From: an uncultured Verrucomicrobiae bacterium
Lineage (GTDB): Bacteria > Verrucomicrobiota > Verrucomicrobiia > Chthoniobacterales > JAATET01
Assembly: GCA_963719495.1 (NCBI GenBank)
Contig: CAVRCI010000007.1
Coordinates: 96,001-160,000, forward strand
Length of the DNA stretch: 64,000 nt
Direction of reading: 5' to 3'
Of this stretch, positions 8,230 to 17,314 are shown piece by piece; positions within the stretch are counted from its first letter, which is position 1, and the number at the start of each line of letters is the position of its first letter. The position numbers were made by a program, and so were the translations under genes. The notes beneath the pieces are model-generated. The model ran no database searches, was not told where the DNA came from, and saw only the letters and a program-made list of their open reading frames with translations.

Positions 8230-9432
8230 ATGACCCCGCTCCGCATCGGCATCGTCTGCTACCCCACCATCGGTGGCAGCGGCATCGTCGCCACCGAGCT
8301 CGGTCTCCTCTTCGCCGCCGCCGGCCACGAGGTCCATTTCATCAGCTACGAACGACCCATCCGACTCGGCGAGGACACCCCGAACCTCCGCTTCCACCCG
8401 GTCATCGTGAACGAGTATTCCCTCTTCAAATACCCCGATTACACCCTCCCGCTCTCCGTCCGCATCGCCGAAGTCTGCGCCACCCACCGCCTCGACATCC
8501 TCCACGTCCACTACGCCGTCCCCCACGCCACCGCCGCCCTCCTCGCCCTCTCCATGCTCGGCGACGCCCCCCGCCCCGCCCTCATCACCACCCTCCACGG
8601 CACCGACACCAACCTCCTCGGCCAAGACCCCCACTACCGCCCCATCATCCGCCACTCCATCGAGCATTCCGACGGAGTCACCACCGTCTCCGCCAGTCTC
8701 CGCCAACAAACCCTCGAAACCTTCGCCCTCGACCGCCCCATCGAAGTCATCCCCAACTTCTTCGCCCCAACCCCACCCACCCGCTCCCGGGAGGACGTCC
8801 GCCGCGAACTCGACATCGCCGACGACGAAATCCTCCTCCTCCACCTCTCCAACCTCCGCCCCGGCAAACGCGTCACCGACCTCCTCGAAGCCATCGCCCG
8901 CGCAAAAAGCCGCGCCCGCCTCCGCCTCGTCATCCTCGCCGGAGACGACTTCACACCCTACGAGCCCGAAGTCGCCCGCCGCGGCCTCACCGCCCAAGTC
9001 ACCGTCCGCGAAGGCGTCCAAGCCATCGACGACTACCTCCACGCCTGCGACGTCGGCGTCTACGCGTCCGAGCAGGAAAGCTTCGGCCTCAGCATCCTCG
9101 AGACCCTCGCCCACGGCCACCCCGTCGTCGCCACGAACGTCGGCGGCATCCCCGAAGTCGTCCGAGACGGCCACACCGGCCTCCTCGTCCCACCCCACGA
9201 TCCCACCGCCCTAGCGAACGCCATCGACAACCTCGTCGACGACCCAAGTTTCCGCGAAACCCTCGGCACCACCGCCCGCACCGACGCCGCCAACCGCTTC
9301 GACCCCGCCACCATCCGCGACCGCTACCTCGACCACTACCGGACCTTCACCAAAGCGCCCATCAAGGAGCGACGGCTTCCAGCCGTCCACCAACCCAATC
9401 CGGCGACAGCCGGACACTTCCCCTCCCCCTAA
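8230..9432 (+). CDS. bshA: N-acetyl-alpha-D-glucosaminyl L-malate synthase BshA (GT4)
   Basis: IGIVCYPTIGGSGIVATELG, LHVHYAVPHA, TTLHGTD, HLSNLRPGKRV, ESFGL. Confidence 0.92.
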   Translation: MTPLRIGIVCYPTIGGSGIVATELGLLFAAAGHEVHFISYERPIRLGEDTPNLRFHPVIVNEYSLFKYPDYTLPLSVRIAEVCATHRLDILHVHYAVPHATAALLALSMLGDAPRPALITTLHGTDTNLLGQDPHYRPIIRHSIEHSDGVTTVSASLRQQTLETFALDRPIEVIPNFFAPTPPTRSREDVRRELDIADDEILLLHLSNLRPGKRVTDLLEAIARAKSRARLRLVILAGDDFTPYEPEVARRGLTAQVTVREGVQAIDDYLHACDVGVYASEQESFGLSILETLAHGHPVVATNVGGIPEVVRDGHTGLLVPPHDPTALANAIDNLVDDPSFRETLGTTARTDAANRFDPATIRDRYLDHYRTFTKAPIKERRLPAVHQPNPATAGHFPSP

Positions 9433-9791
9433 CTCAACTTCGAAAACATCCCCCGGTTCCGAGCCACGAAATCATACCCCGCGTCCGCCAACCGCCCAAA
9501 CCCCGGCACCCGCGCGTAAGCCCAGTGCCCCAGCCGCCCCAGCCAATTCCCCACCCCCAGCGCCCGAAACACCGCGTCCGCCCGCTGCGTCCGCGTCCCA
9601 TCGACCTCGACGTATTGGACCGAAGCGTCGAAGTCCCCGTCCGGAATTTCCGGAAACCGTCCCCGCCCCTCGCTCGAAGGAATGTATTCCACCCCATCCC
9701 CCGTCATCACCCGCCACCGGCCCACCCACCGTTTACAGAACGAGCAATCCCCATCGTAGACCATCACTGGCCGTTCGAGCCCACCCTTCAT
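9429..9791 (-). CDS. DCC1-like thiol-disulfide oxidoreductase (DUF393)
   Basis: YDGDCSFC motif and C-terminal YDFVARNR. Confidence 0.85.
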   Translation of the reverse strand: MKGGLERPVMVYDGDCSFCKRWVGRWRVMTGDGVEYIPSSEGRGRFPEIPDGDFDASVQYVEVDGTRTQRADAVFRALGVGNWLGRLGHWAYARVPGFGRLADAGYDFVARNRGMFSKLS

Positions 9792-9926
9792 TTCCCGTCC
9801 CCTCCGCTCAAAAAACCTTCCATAACTCAAATCGTTACGCCCGCCGAACGCCCCACGCCACCCAGCATTTCCACCAATCACCAGCCACTCATTACCAATC
9901 ACCGAGGCGAAGCCTCCCACCCCCCG

Positions 9927-10556
9927 CTACTCCAGCGCCACCAACCCCCGCCGCACCGCGTAGCGCGTGAGCGCCGTCACCTCCCGGCACCCCAGCTTCT
10001 GCATCACCTTCGAGCGATAGTGCTCCACCGTCTTCGGCGAGAGTTCCAACCGTGAAGCGACCTCCTTACTGCTGCTCCCCTCGGCCACAAGCTGCAGCAC
10101 CACCCGCTCCCGCTCCGTCAGATCATCCCAACCGCACGTCGACTGACCCCGGCGCGCATCGAGCAACCGAGTCGCAAACGGGCAAAAATACGTCCCTCCC
10201 TGCGCCACCACGTCCAGCGCCGCCCGCAGCGTCGCAAACGAATTCCCCCGGTGAACGAACCCCTGCGGCCCCATCCGCAAAGCCTCCACGGCGAGATCCT
10301 CGTTCCGTGAACCCGAAAAAATCACCACCCGCGGCCCCCGATCCAACCCCCGCAAATAACGCAGCACCCCCAACCCACTCGCCTCGGGCAATACGAGATC
10401 GAGAATGACGACAGTCGGCATAATCGTTTGCAGCAACTTCATCGCCTCCACCCCGGTGCCCGCCTCGGCGACCACGCGATACCTTTCACCCAGGGCCGGT
10501 CCCATCATCTGACGAACGGCGGGGTGTCCGTCTACGACCACGAGCGACGCGGTCAT
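9927..10556 (-). CDS. NarL/LuxR family response regulator
   Basis: REC domain (VVILDLVLP) plus LTERERVVLQLVAEG...LSPKTVEHYR HTH. Confidence 0.92.
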   Translation of the reverse strand: MTASLVVVDGHPAVRQMMGPALGERYRVVAEAGTGVEAMKLLQTIMPTVVILDLVLPEASGLGVLRYLRGLDRGPRVVIFSGSRNEDLAVEALRMGPQGFVHRGNSFATLRAALDVVAQGGTYFCPFATRLLDARRGQSTCGWDDLTERERVVLQLVAEGSSSKEVASRLELSPKTVEHYRSKVMQKLGCREVTALTRYAVRRGLVALE

Positions 10557-10803
10557 CGATCCCGCGTCCTTGCTTGATTCAGTTTGTGAGTAAATACCGC
10601 CATCCGTGTCGCCGCCTCGACCGACCAGAACACAGCTATCCAGACAGTTGCACCCCTGACAAGCTAAAGAAAACCTTCGAGTTGCCCGGCTTCGCATTTG
10701 AATCCGACCCTTCAATCTCCCGGATGATATTCAGGGACTTTCCCCCGCGATCTCGGCATTCTCCCCGTATCCGAGACTCGGACGCCCGACGAGCATTCAA
10801 GCG

Positions 10804-11580
10804 ATGCGAGGCCCATCAACCCACCGCCGACTTGTCCGGATTGTTTCCTACGCTTTCATTACCGTGCTCCTGAGCGCCTGCGCCGCTCACCAACCATTCT
10901 CCTATCGCCAAACGTGGCCCGGAGGCAATCCGGAGATCCTCTACACCTACAACTACGCGGACCCGGCGGCGGAAAATTACTTCCGCACCGCCGTCGACTC
11001 CACCCTCGTTCGGAACAGAGTGCTCTACGAGTTGATGGGGATTTTCGACGACTACTATTACAAGAATACCGTGAACATCCGCGACGGCGTCGTCGGGAAG
11101 AATCTGCTGGTCAGTTTTTCCGGCATCGCTACGAGCTTCGCCGCCGCGCTCGCGGGCGGCGAACAGATCAAAACTGTGCTTTCGGCGATCTCCGGCGGGC
11201 TGCAAACCATCAACGGAACTTTTGACAAAGAGGCCCTCCTCAACACCAGCGTCCAGGCTCTACGCTTTCAAATGGACGCCTCCCGGGCGGTCGTCGCCGC
11301 CGGCATCATCGAAGCCATGGACAAGAACCTCGCCGATTACCCGCTCGAGGCAGGCCTCCGCGACCTGATTCGATACTACGACGCCGGCACCGTGACGTCC
11401 GCGCTCACCGCTCTCGCCCAGACCACCGCTCTGCAAAAAGCGGCCGCGGAACAAATGGAGGCCCGGGTAGCGGGCAAGCCGAGTTTCTACCTCGATCTCG
11501 TTCCCACCGCGCCGGGCAACCTCCCAGCGGTTCAGACCCCCGTCGAATCCTCGTCTCCAAACGCTCCCGGTGGCAATTGA
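10804..11580 (+). CDS. Hypothetical lipoprotein with internal hydrophobic helical hairpin
   Basis: Lipobox LLSAC; hydrophobic segments LLVSFSGIATSFAAALAG and VLSAISGGL. Confidence 0.7.
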   Translation: MRGPSTHRRLVRIVSYAFITVLLSACAAHQPFSYRQTWPGGNPEILYTYNYADPAAENYFRTAVDSTLVRNRVLYELMGIFDDYYYKNTVNIRDGVVGKNLLVSFSGIATSFAAALAGGEQIKTVLSAISGGLQTINGTFDKEALLNTSVQALRFQMDASRAVVAAGIIEAMDKNLADYPLEAGLRDLIRYYDAGTVTSALTALAQTTALQKAAAEQMEARVAGKPSFYLDLVPTAPGNLPAVQTPVESSSPNAPGGN

Positions 11581-11605
11581 TGCACGACTTTTTTTGCCAG
11601 ATTCC

Positions 11606-11836
11606 ATGAAGACGAAGACCTACAAACTGCACTTGATCGACGATATCCCCCTGCGTGATTCGACGGGAAAAGCGATTCCCGACGCTCTCGGAGCCCGCAT
11701 CGACCGCATCTACGCCGCGGAGCCCGCCCTCTCGGATTTCCGCCTGGCGACCGCTTTCGAGACGAGCGCGCCGGTCGCCGGGCTGGCTTCATCGCCCCCG
11801 CCAACCCACCTCGTCTTAATCTTCCAAGCTCCGTGA
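11606..11836 (+). CDS. Small hypothetical protein (76 aa)
   Basis: ATG at 11606 fills the gap between co-oriented genes; globular-looking sequence. Confidence 0.55.
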   Translation: MKTKTYKLHLIDDIPLRDSTGKAIPDALGARIDRIYAAEPALSDFRLATAFETSAPVAGLASSPPPTHLVLIFQAP

Positions 11837-11843
11837 CCTCACC

Positions 11844-12512
11844 GTGATCACCAAAAAGCAGGCGATCGAGTTGGCGGTCTTTTCCTCCGCGGGAGCTGTC
11901 GGCGGAATCTTCGCATTTCTATCCGGCGTTTCCACCGGCGGCGTCACCGACAGCTCCGCTTTGGGGTTTTTGACCGCAATGCTCGGAGGAGCGATCGCCG
12001 CGGGAATTGGAATTTACCTCCTCACCGCCGCGGATACCCAACGCTTCGTTCACTGCATTTTCTTTGCGATTGTCTGCGGGATATCCTGGGAACCGGTGAT
12101 CAAGGCGGCGCAGACGCTTGTGGTTAATTCCGCCCTTGAGAGCCGCGTCAATTCGGCCAATTTCGCGATCGAGAGCACCCCGGCCAATCCGGATCCGCTC
12201 CAGATAAGTCGTCTCACGCGAGACACCGCCGACGTCATCACCCGCATCCCCTCGAGCGAAAACTCCGCGCTGCGCGTCCGGGCCAACGACACCGCCTCCG
12301 CGGCAGTCGCCGAGCTCGCAACTTCGGCGTCGACCACCCCCGAAGCAATCGAAGCGATTGCGATCCTTGGGCGCACTGCCGCCGAATCCGGCGTGCCCGG
12401 CATCGCTCGACAAGCCCGCTCCGCCCTCGAATCCGTAAGCGGTAGCGAAAGCGACTCGACGCCAGAGATTCGTGACATCGCTTCCGACGCTCTTCAGCTG
12501 ATGCCGCTCTGA
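11844..12512 (+). CDS. Hypothetical membrane protein, three N-terminal TM helices plus helical C-terminal domain
   Basis: Three Gly/Ala-rich hydrophobic stretches in the first ~85 aa. Confidence 0.7.
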   Translation: MITKKQAIELAVFSSAGAVGGIFAFLSGVSTGGVTDSSALGFLTAMLGGAIAAGIGIYLLTAADTQRFVHCIFFAIVCGISWEPVIKAAQTLVVNSALESRVNSANFAIESTPANPDPLQISRLTRDTADVITRIPSSENSALRVRANDTASAAVAELATSASTTPEAIEAIAILGRTAAESGVPGIARQARSALESVSGSESDSTPEIRDIASDALQLMPL

Positions 12513-12552
12513 AATCCCATTCGGCCCAAGCAGACTCGATCCCAACAACCTT

Positions 12553-13839
12553 ATGACCACCCAGGAAGCCCGCGCCCTTCTGAATCTGACCATCGACTTC
12601 CTACCAGTCGGAAGCAGCAATCGTCCGAGCACTCCGCTCCGCCCCGCCCAGATCACCATCCACAACACGGACAACGCCGCCCCCTCCGCCGACGCGAGCG
12701 CCCACGCGAGATATCTCAAAGGTCCCGACGCCCGGCAGCGGCAAGTCTCGTGGCACTTCACCGTCGATGATCAATCCGTTTATCAAAGTCTGCCCGTCTG
12801 GGAGATTGGCTGGCATTCCGGCTCCGGCAATGCGACATCAATCGCCGTCGAAATCTGCGAGAATCACGGCATCGATCAACCCGCAGCCAACGACCGTGCG
12901 GCCCAACTCGTTGCGATACTCGCGAGGGAACACGGCATCTCGCCATCCGGCGGAATCTTGCAGCACCACTACTGGAGCGGGAAAGATTGCCCGAAACTCC
13001 TACGGCGTGGGTCCGGCTGGGACGATTTTCTTGCCACCGTCGCCACGTATCATCGATCCCTCGAAGCCTGTCCCGGTAACGAATGCACCATCCTGGTGGA
13101 ATCGGCTTCTTCGGAAGTCGCTGCATCTCTAAACGCCTCGATCTCCCTCGCTTCAGCGCTCGAGCTCTTTGAGACGCCCCCGTCATCCGCCGCAAATTCA
13201 GCGGGATCGTCGCGCACCACGGGACTCCGCGGGTCCGTTCGAAGGGCGGATGACGGGTCCGTCGTGACCGACGCTTCGGAGACCATCTCGGCGAGGCGCG
13301 AACAAAAAGATTTCGGCTCGAGGACGGCCCGGCAGGTCCGCACCTCCAGAGGTGACTACTCCTCGGTCGACCAATTTGGATACAGTTGGCAGGACCGCGA
13401 TCTGCCTCGAGTGGAACTTCTGACCAATCGGAGTGGCCTTGGTGGCCCTCCCGTCATCGCAGGAAAAGCGACCTACTTTGGCAAATACGATCTCGCGGAC
13501 GAAGGCACCGGAACGCCGGCGCTCAAGATCGTACAAACGAACAGCAGCGTATTCGGGGTCTCGATCCCCAAGGGCAAACTAATTGAACTCGGCCTCGCCA
13601 AAATTTCAGGATCTACCTGGAAAGTTCTCGGAGCGGGTCTCGTCGCGCTGGTGGAGGTTTATTGTCCTGCGACGCGACGGCTCGCACGACTACCGCTCGT
13701 CGACGTTGGTCCCGGATCCTCGTCCGACGCCAAGGCCGATCTCACGGTAGCCGCGGCCGCCTGGCTGCTCGACGACTTCGAAGAAAAGGCCAAAGGCTAT
13801 CGCCTCGCCAATCTCAAGGTAGAAATCCGGATCGTCTGA
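12553..13839 (+). CDS. N-acetylmuramoyl-L-alanine amidase (Amidase_2) fused to a probable RlpA-like double-psi beta-barrel
   Basis: ITIHNT, SWHFTVD, GWHSG, SIAVEICE, QHHYWSGKDCP; C-terminal GKATYFG...VDVGP...DLTVAAA; no signal peptide. Confidence 0.85.
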   Translation: MTTQEARALLNLTIDFLPVGSSNRPSTPLRPAQITIHNTDNAAPSADASAHARYLKGPDARQRQVSWHFTVDDQSVYQSLPVWEIGWHSGSGNATSIAVEICENHGIDQPAANDRAAQLVAILAREHGISPSGGILQHHYWSGKDCPKLLRRGSGWDDFLATVATYHRSLEACPGNECTILVESASSEVAASLNASISLASALELFETPPSSAANSAGSSRTTGLRGSVRRADDGSVVTDASETISARREQKDFGSRTARQVRTSRGDYSSVDQFGYSWQDRDLPRVELLTNRSGLGGPPVIAGKATYFGKYDLADEGTGTPALKIVQTNSSVFGVSIPKGKLIELGLAKISGSTWKVLGAGLVALVEVYCPATRRLARLPLVDVGPGSSSDAKADLTVAAAAWLLDDFEEKAKGYRLANLKVEIRIV

Positions 13840-13987
13840 CTCGCGCCGTCGCGCCACGTCCACTCGATGCCCCGGGGCCACCGACCGGGGTCCATCCGCT
13901 GTTCAGCTGCCTACCTCGGTCATTATGCCGCGCCCTCCGGCCCTTGGTGCTCTGTTCAAATCACCCTCCTCGTGTAACCTCCGCCCG

Positions 13988-14749
13988 ATGTCCCTTCTCG
14001 CCACCCTCGAACGCCGCTTCGGCCGTTTCGCCATCCCCGGCCTCATCCGTTACGTCGTCGTCCTCAACGCCCTCGTCTTTCTCCTCGTCAAGCTGGACCC
14101 CCGCTACGTCACCGCCCTCGTCCTCGACCGTGATCTCATTCTCCAGGGCGAGGTCTGGCGGCTGGTCACCTGGATCTTCGTGCCCAATACCCTCGACTTC
14201 CTTTGGATCCTCCTCGTCCTCTACTTCACGTGGTTCCTCGGTGATCTGCTCGAGGGCGCGTGGGGCACTTTCAAGCTGAACCTCTACTACCTCGTCGGCT
14301 ACTTCGGCTGCACCCTCGCCGCCTTCCTGCCCGGAATCCCCTTCGCCAACGGCGCGCTCGTCGCCTCCCTCCTCTTCGCCGTCGGCACGGTGCTGCCGAA
14401 TTTCCAGATCCTGATCCTCTTCATCATCCCGGCCAAAATCAAATGGGTCGCCCTCATCTCAGCCGCCCTCTACGCGCTCACCGCCCTCACCGGCGATTGG
14501 GCCACCCGCGGAGCCATCGTGATCACCTTCGCGAACTATCTCCTCTTCTTCGGCCCCGCCTTCGTCAACCAACTCCGGGATTCCCAAAAAACCGCCACCC
14601 GCCGCGCGAAGTTCGAGTCGGCCAAGGATCGGTCGGAGACCCTGCACCGCTGCGAAACGTGCAACCGCACCGAAGTCAGCGATCCCGATCTCGATTTCCG
14701 CGTCACCGCCGCCGGCCACGAATACTGCACGGACCACCTGCCGAAGTAG
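13988..14749 (+). CDS. Rhomboid/derlin-like membrane protein with C-terminal Zn-ribbon
   Basis: GEVWRLVTWIF WR motif, several TM helices, no GxSG; CETC...CTDH. Confidence 0.7.
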   Translation: MSLLATLERRFGRFAIPGLIRYVVVLNALVFLLVKLDPRYVTALVLDRDLILQGEVWRLVTWIFVPNTLDFLWILLVLYFTWFLGDLLEGAWGTFKLNLYYLVGYFGCTLAAFLPGIPFANGALVASLLFAVGTVLPNFQILILFIIPAKIKWVALISAALYALTALTGDWATRGAIVITFANYLLFFGPAFVNQLRDSQKTATRRAKFESAKDRSETLHRCETCNRTEVSDPDLDFRVTAAGHEYCTDHLPK

Positions 14750-14801
14750 GCCCGTTTCCGGGTTTGGATCATCGCGCCCGGGCGACGATCACGATCCGTC
14801 A

Positions 14802-15494
14802 TCACACCTCGAACCCCGCCGCCGACACCGCGGCCCGCAATTTCTCCTTCCCCGCGGATTCGATCACCTCCCCATGGCCGACGATCACCCGGTCGAAATC
14901 CCATTCCAGAATCGCCACCACCGCCGCCTGAAAAGCCGCTCGATCCTTGATTCCAGCCTTCACCGGACGCGAGACGCCCGGATTGTGATCGCTGCCGACC
15001 GCCCCCCACAGCAGCACCTTCGTCCAAAGATCCTCGCCGGGGCCGAAATTGAACAGCAGCTCGGTGACGATCAAAGTCCGCGACGGCACGTGCAGCATCA
15101 CCGTCTCGCGCATCGACGGCATCCCGCCCACCTCCAGCGTCACCAACTCGCCGTCCCATTCCGGCGGAGCCGGGACCAGCGCCCCGGTCTCGAACCCCAC
15201 GATCTCCCCGAATCCCGGCGGAGCCAGATAGGGAATCTTCGGAAACGCCTCCCGCCCGGCGCCGGCGAACGTGTCGTGTCGCAGCACTCCGTCCAGAATC
15301 CAGCCCGGCTCGCCCAGCTCCCGGATCGCCGTCACGTCCGCCGGGGAGAAGGGGCCCGTCGAGTGAATAACGGTCCGCCCCGACCCGAGCCGGATCACGG
15401 TCACGTTCCGCCGGAAATCCGCCCCCAGCAGCCGCAGCGGATAGGCTCGCAACCACAAATTCGCCGCAACCTCTTCGAAAGAATCCTCACTCAT
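14802..15494 (-). CDS. DUF4336 family protein (MBL-like fold)
   Basis: RNVTVIRLGSG, VIHS, LHVPSRTLIVTELLFN, WDFDRVIVGHG. Confidence 0.75.
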   Translation of the reverse strand: MSEDSFEEVAANLWLRAYPLRLLGADFRRNVTVIRLGSGRTVIHSTGPFSPADVTAIRELGEPGWILDGVLRHDTFAGAGREAFPKIPYLAPPGFGEIVGFETGALVPAPPEWDGELVTLEVGGMPSMRETVMLHVPSRTLIVTELLFNFGPGEDLWTKVLLWGAVGSDHNPGVSRPVKAGIKDRAAFQAAVVAILEWDFDRVIVGHGEVIESAGKEKLRAAVSAAGFEV

Positions 15495-15583
15495 CCACCC
15501 CCAATACCCCGCGGGCCGTCCAACCCCAACCCAATCCTTAAAATTCTGTAAATCCTCTCCGCATCTGCATTAGGTTTCGCTCC

Positions 15584-16474
15584 ATGCCCGCCCAATCCGG
15601 AAAAGTCAAAATCGGCCTCGTGCAGAGCCGAAGCAGCTCCGACCCCGCCGAGAATCTCGCCATCGCCGAGCGGGCCATCCGCTCCGCCGCCGAGCGGGGA
15701 GCCCAGATCATTTGTCTCCAGGAGCTCTTCCTCACGCCCTACTTCTGCCAGAACGAAGACCACGCGAATTTCGAGCTCGCCGAGTCCGTCCCCGGCCCCA
15801 CCACGGAATCTCTCTCGGGCCTCGCCGCCGAACTCGGCGTCGTCCTCGTCGCCTCACTCTTCGAGCGCCGCGCGCCCGGCGTCTACCACAACACCGCCGC
15901 CGTGATCGACGCCGACGGCACCTACCTCGGCAAATACCGGAAGATGCACATCCCGGACGACCCACTCTTCTACGAAAAGTTCTACTTCACGCCCGGCGAC
16001 CTCGGATTCCAGGCCTACGACACCAAATACGGTCGCATCGGCGTCCTCGTTTGCTGGGATCAATGGTATCCCGAAGCCGCCCGCCTCACCGCCCTCCGCG
16101 GCGCGCAGATTCTCTTCTACCCCACCGCCATCGGCTGGCATCCATCGGAGAAAAACGATTACGGCGCGCGCCAACACTCCGCCTGGGAGACCGTCCAACG
16201 CGGTCACGCCGTCGCGAATGGCTGCTACGTCGCCGCGCCGAATCGCGTCGGCCTCGAGACGCCGATCGGCGGCGATGGCATCGAATTCTGGGGGCAATCG
16301 TTCGTCTGCGACCCCTCGGGCATCATTCTCGACAAAGCCCCGGTCGACGAGGAAGCCATCCTGGTGACCGAGATCGACCTCGGTTCCGTCGACACGCAGC
16401 GCACCCACTGGCCCTTCCTGCGCGACCGCCGGATCGACGCCTACGGGGAGATCACCCGGCGGCTCATCGATTGA
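15584..16474 (+). CDS. aguB: Carbon-nitrogen hydrolase, N-carbamoylputrescine amidase-like
   Basis: ICLQELF, YRKMHIPDDP.FYEKFYFTPGD, VCWDQWYPEAAR (E-K-C triad). Confidence 0.85.
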   Translation: MPAQSGKVKIGLVQSRSSSDPAENLAIAERAIRSAAERGAQIICLQELFLTPYFCQNEDHANFELAESVPGPTTESLSGLAAELGVVLVASLFERRAPGVYHNTAAVIDADGTYLGKYRKMHIPDDPLFYEKFYFTPGDLGFQAYDTKYGRIGVLVCWDQWYPEAARLTALRGAQILFYPTAIGWHPSEKNDYGARQHSAWETVQRGHAVANGCYVAAPNRVGLETPIGGDGIEFWGQSFVCDPSGIILDKAPVDEEAILVTEIDLGSVDTQRTHWPFLRDRRIDAYGEITRRLID

Positions 16475-16479
16475 TCCGG

Positions 16480-17250
16480 ATGCCCGCACCGCACCCGATC
16501 CGGCACTCCCGATCCCACGATTTCCGACACCTCATCCGGCGTTGGCGCACCGCGATCCGCCCGACGGGACTCGTTCTGCGGAAGTTCGGCGAGGCCTCCG
16601 ATTTCCCACTGCATTACGCGGAGACCCGGCGCCCGCTCCCCGACCGTCCCTGGATCTACGCCTCGGCCGGCATTCACGGCGACGAAACCGGGGCAACCGA
16701 AGGACTACTCACCTGGCTGGAGCGCCATCCCGAGCGGATCGAGCAATTCAACTTCCTCCTCTTCCCCTGCCTCAACCCGTGGGGACTCGTGAACAACGTT
16801 CGCACCGACGAGGCCGGACGCGACCTCAACCGCAGCTACCGCGACGACTCCATCCCGCAGACCGCCGCGCACAGAACCCTCCTGCGGGGACGGCATTTCG
16901 CTTGCGCGCTCGCGCTGCACGAAGACTACGACGCCACCGGGGCCTACGTTTACGAGGTCCAGCGATCCAAACCCTTCTGGGGCGAAGAGCTGCTCGCCGC
17001 CGCCGCCCGGCACGTTCCGATCGACAACCGCAAGTCCATCGAGGGCCGCTCGGCGCGCACCGGCCTCATTCGGCGGCGGGTCGACCCCGAATTGATGCCG
17101 CACCATCCCGAGGCGTTCGTGCTGCACTTCCACCACGCCGACCGGACCTTCACCATCGAGACCCCGTCGGAATATTCAATCGACGTCCGGGTCGAGACCC
17201 ACGTTCGCGTCGTCGAACGAGCCGTCGAACTCTGCGCCGAAGCCACTTGA
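16480..17250 (+). CDS. M14-like zinc peptidase / succinylglutamate desuccinylase family protein
   Basis: SAGIHGDE, PCLNPWG, DLNRSY, LHEDY, TIETPS; real start is ATG 16480 inside the longer track ORF. Confidence 0.8.
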   Translation: MPAPHPIRHSRSHDFRHLIRRWRTAIRPTGLVLRKFGEASDFPLHYAETRRPLPDRPWIYASAGIHGDETGATEGLLTWLERHPERIEQFNFLLFPCLNPWGLVNNVRTDEAGRDLNRSYRDDSIPQTAAHRTLLRGRHFACALALHEDYDATGAYVYEVQRSKPFWGEELLAAAARHVPIDNRKSIEGRSARTGLIRRRVDPELMPHHPEAFVLHFHHADRTFTIETPSEYSIDVRVETHVRVVERAVELCAEAT

Positions 17251-17314
17251 AACTCATTGGCGCTATTTACATCCCGCCCAATCTCAATAACGTAAACCGA
17301 GTTTCCAATTCCCT

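Noticed and set aside
10804..13839. Prophage
   Set aside because: Only an endolysin-like gene; no integrase, terminase, capsid, tail genes or att repeats seen
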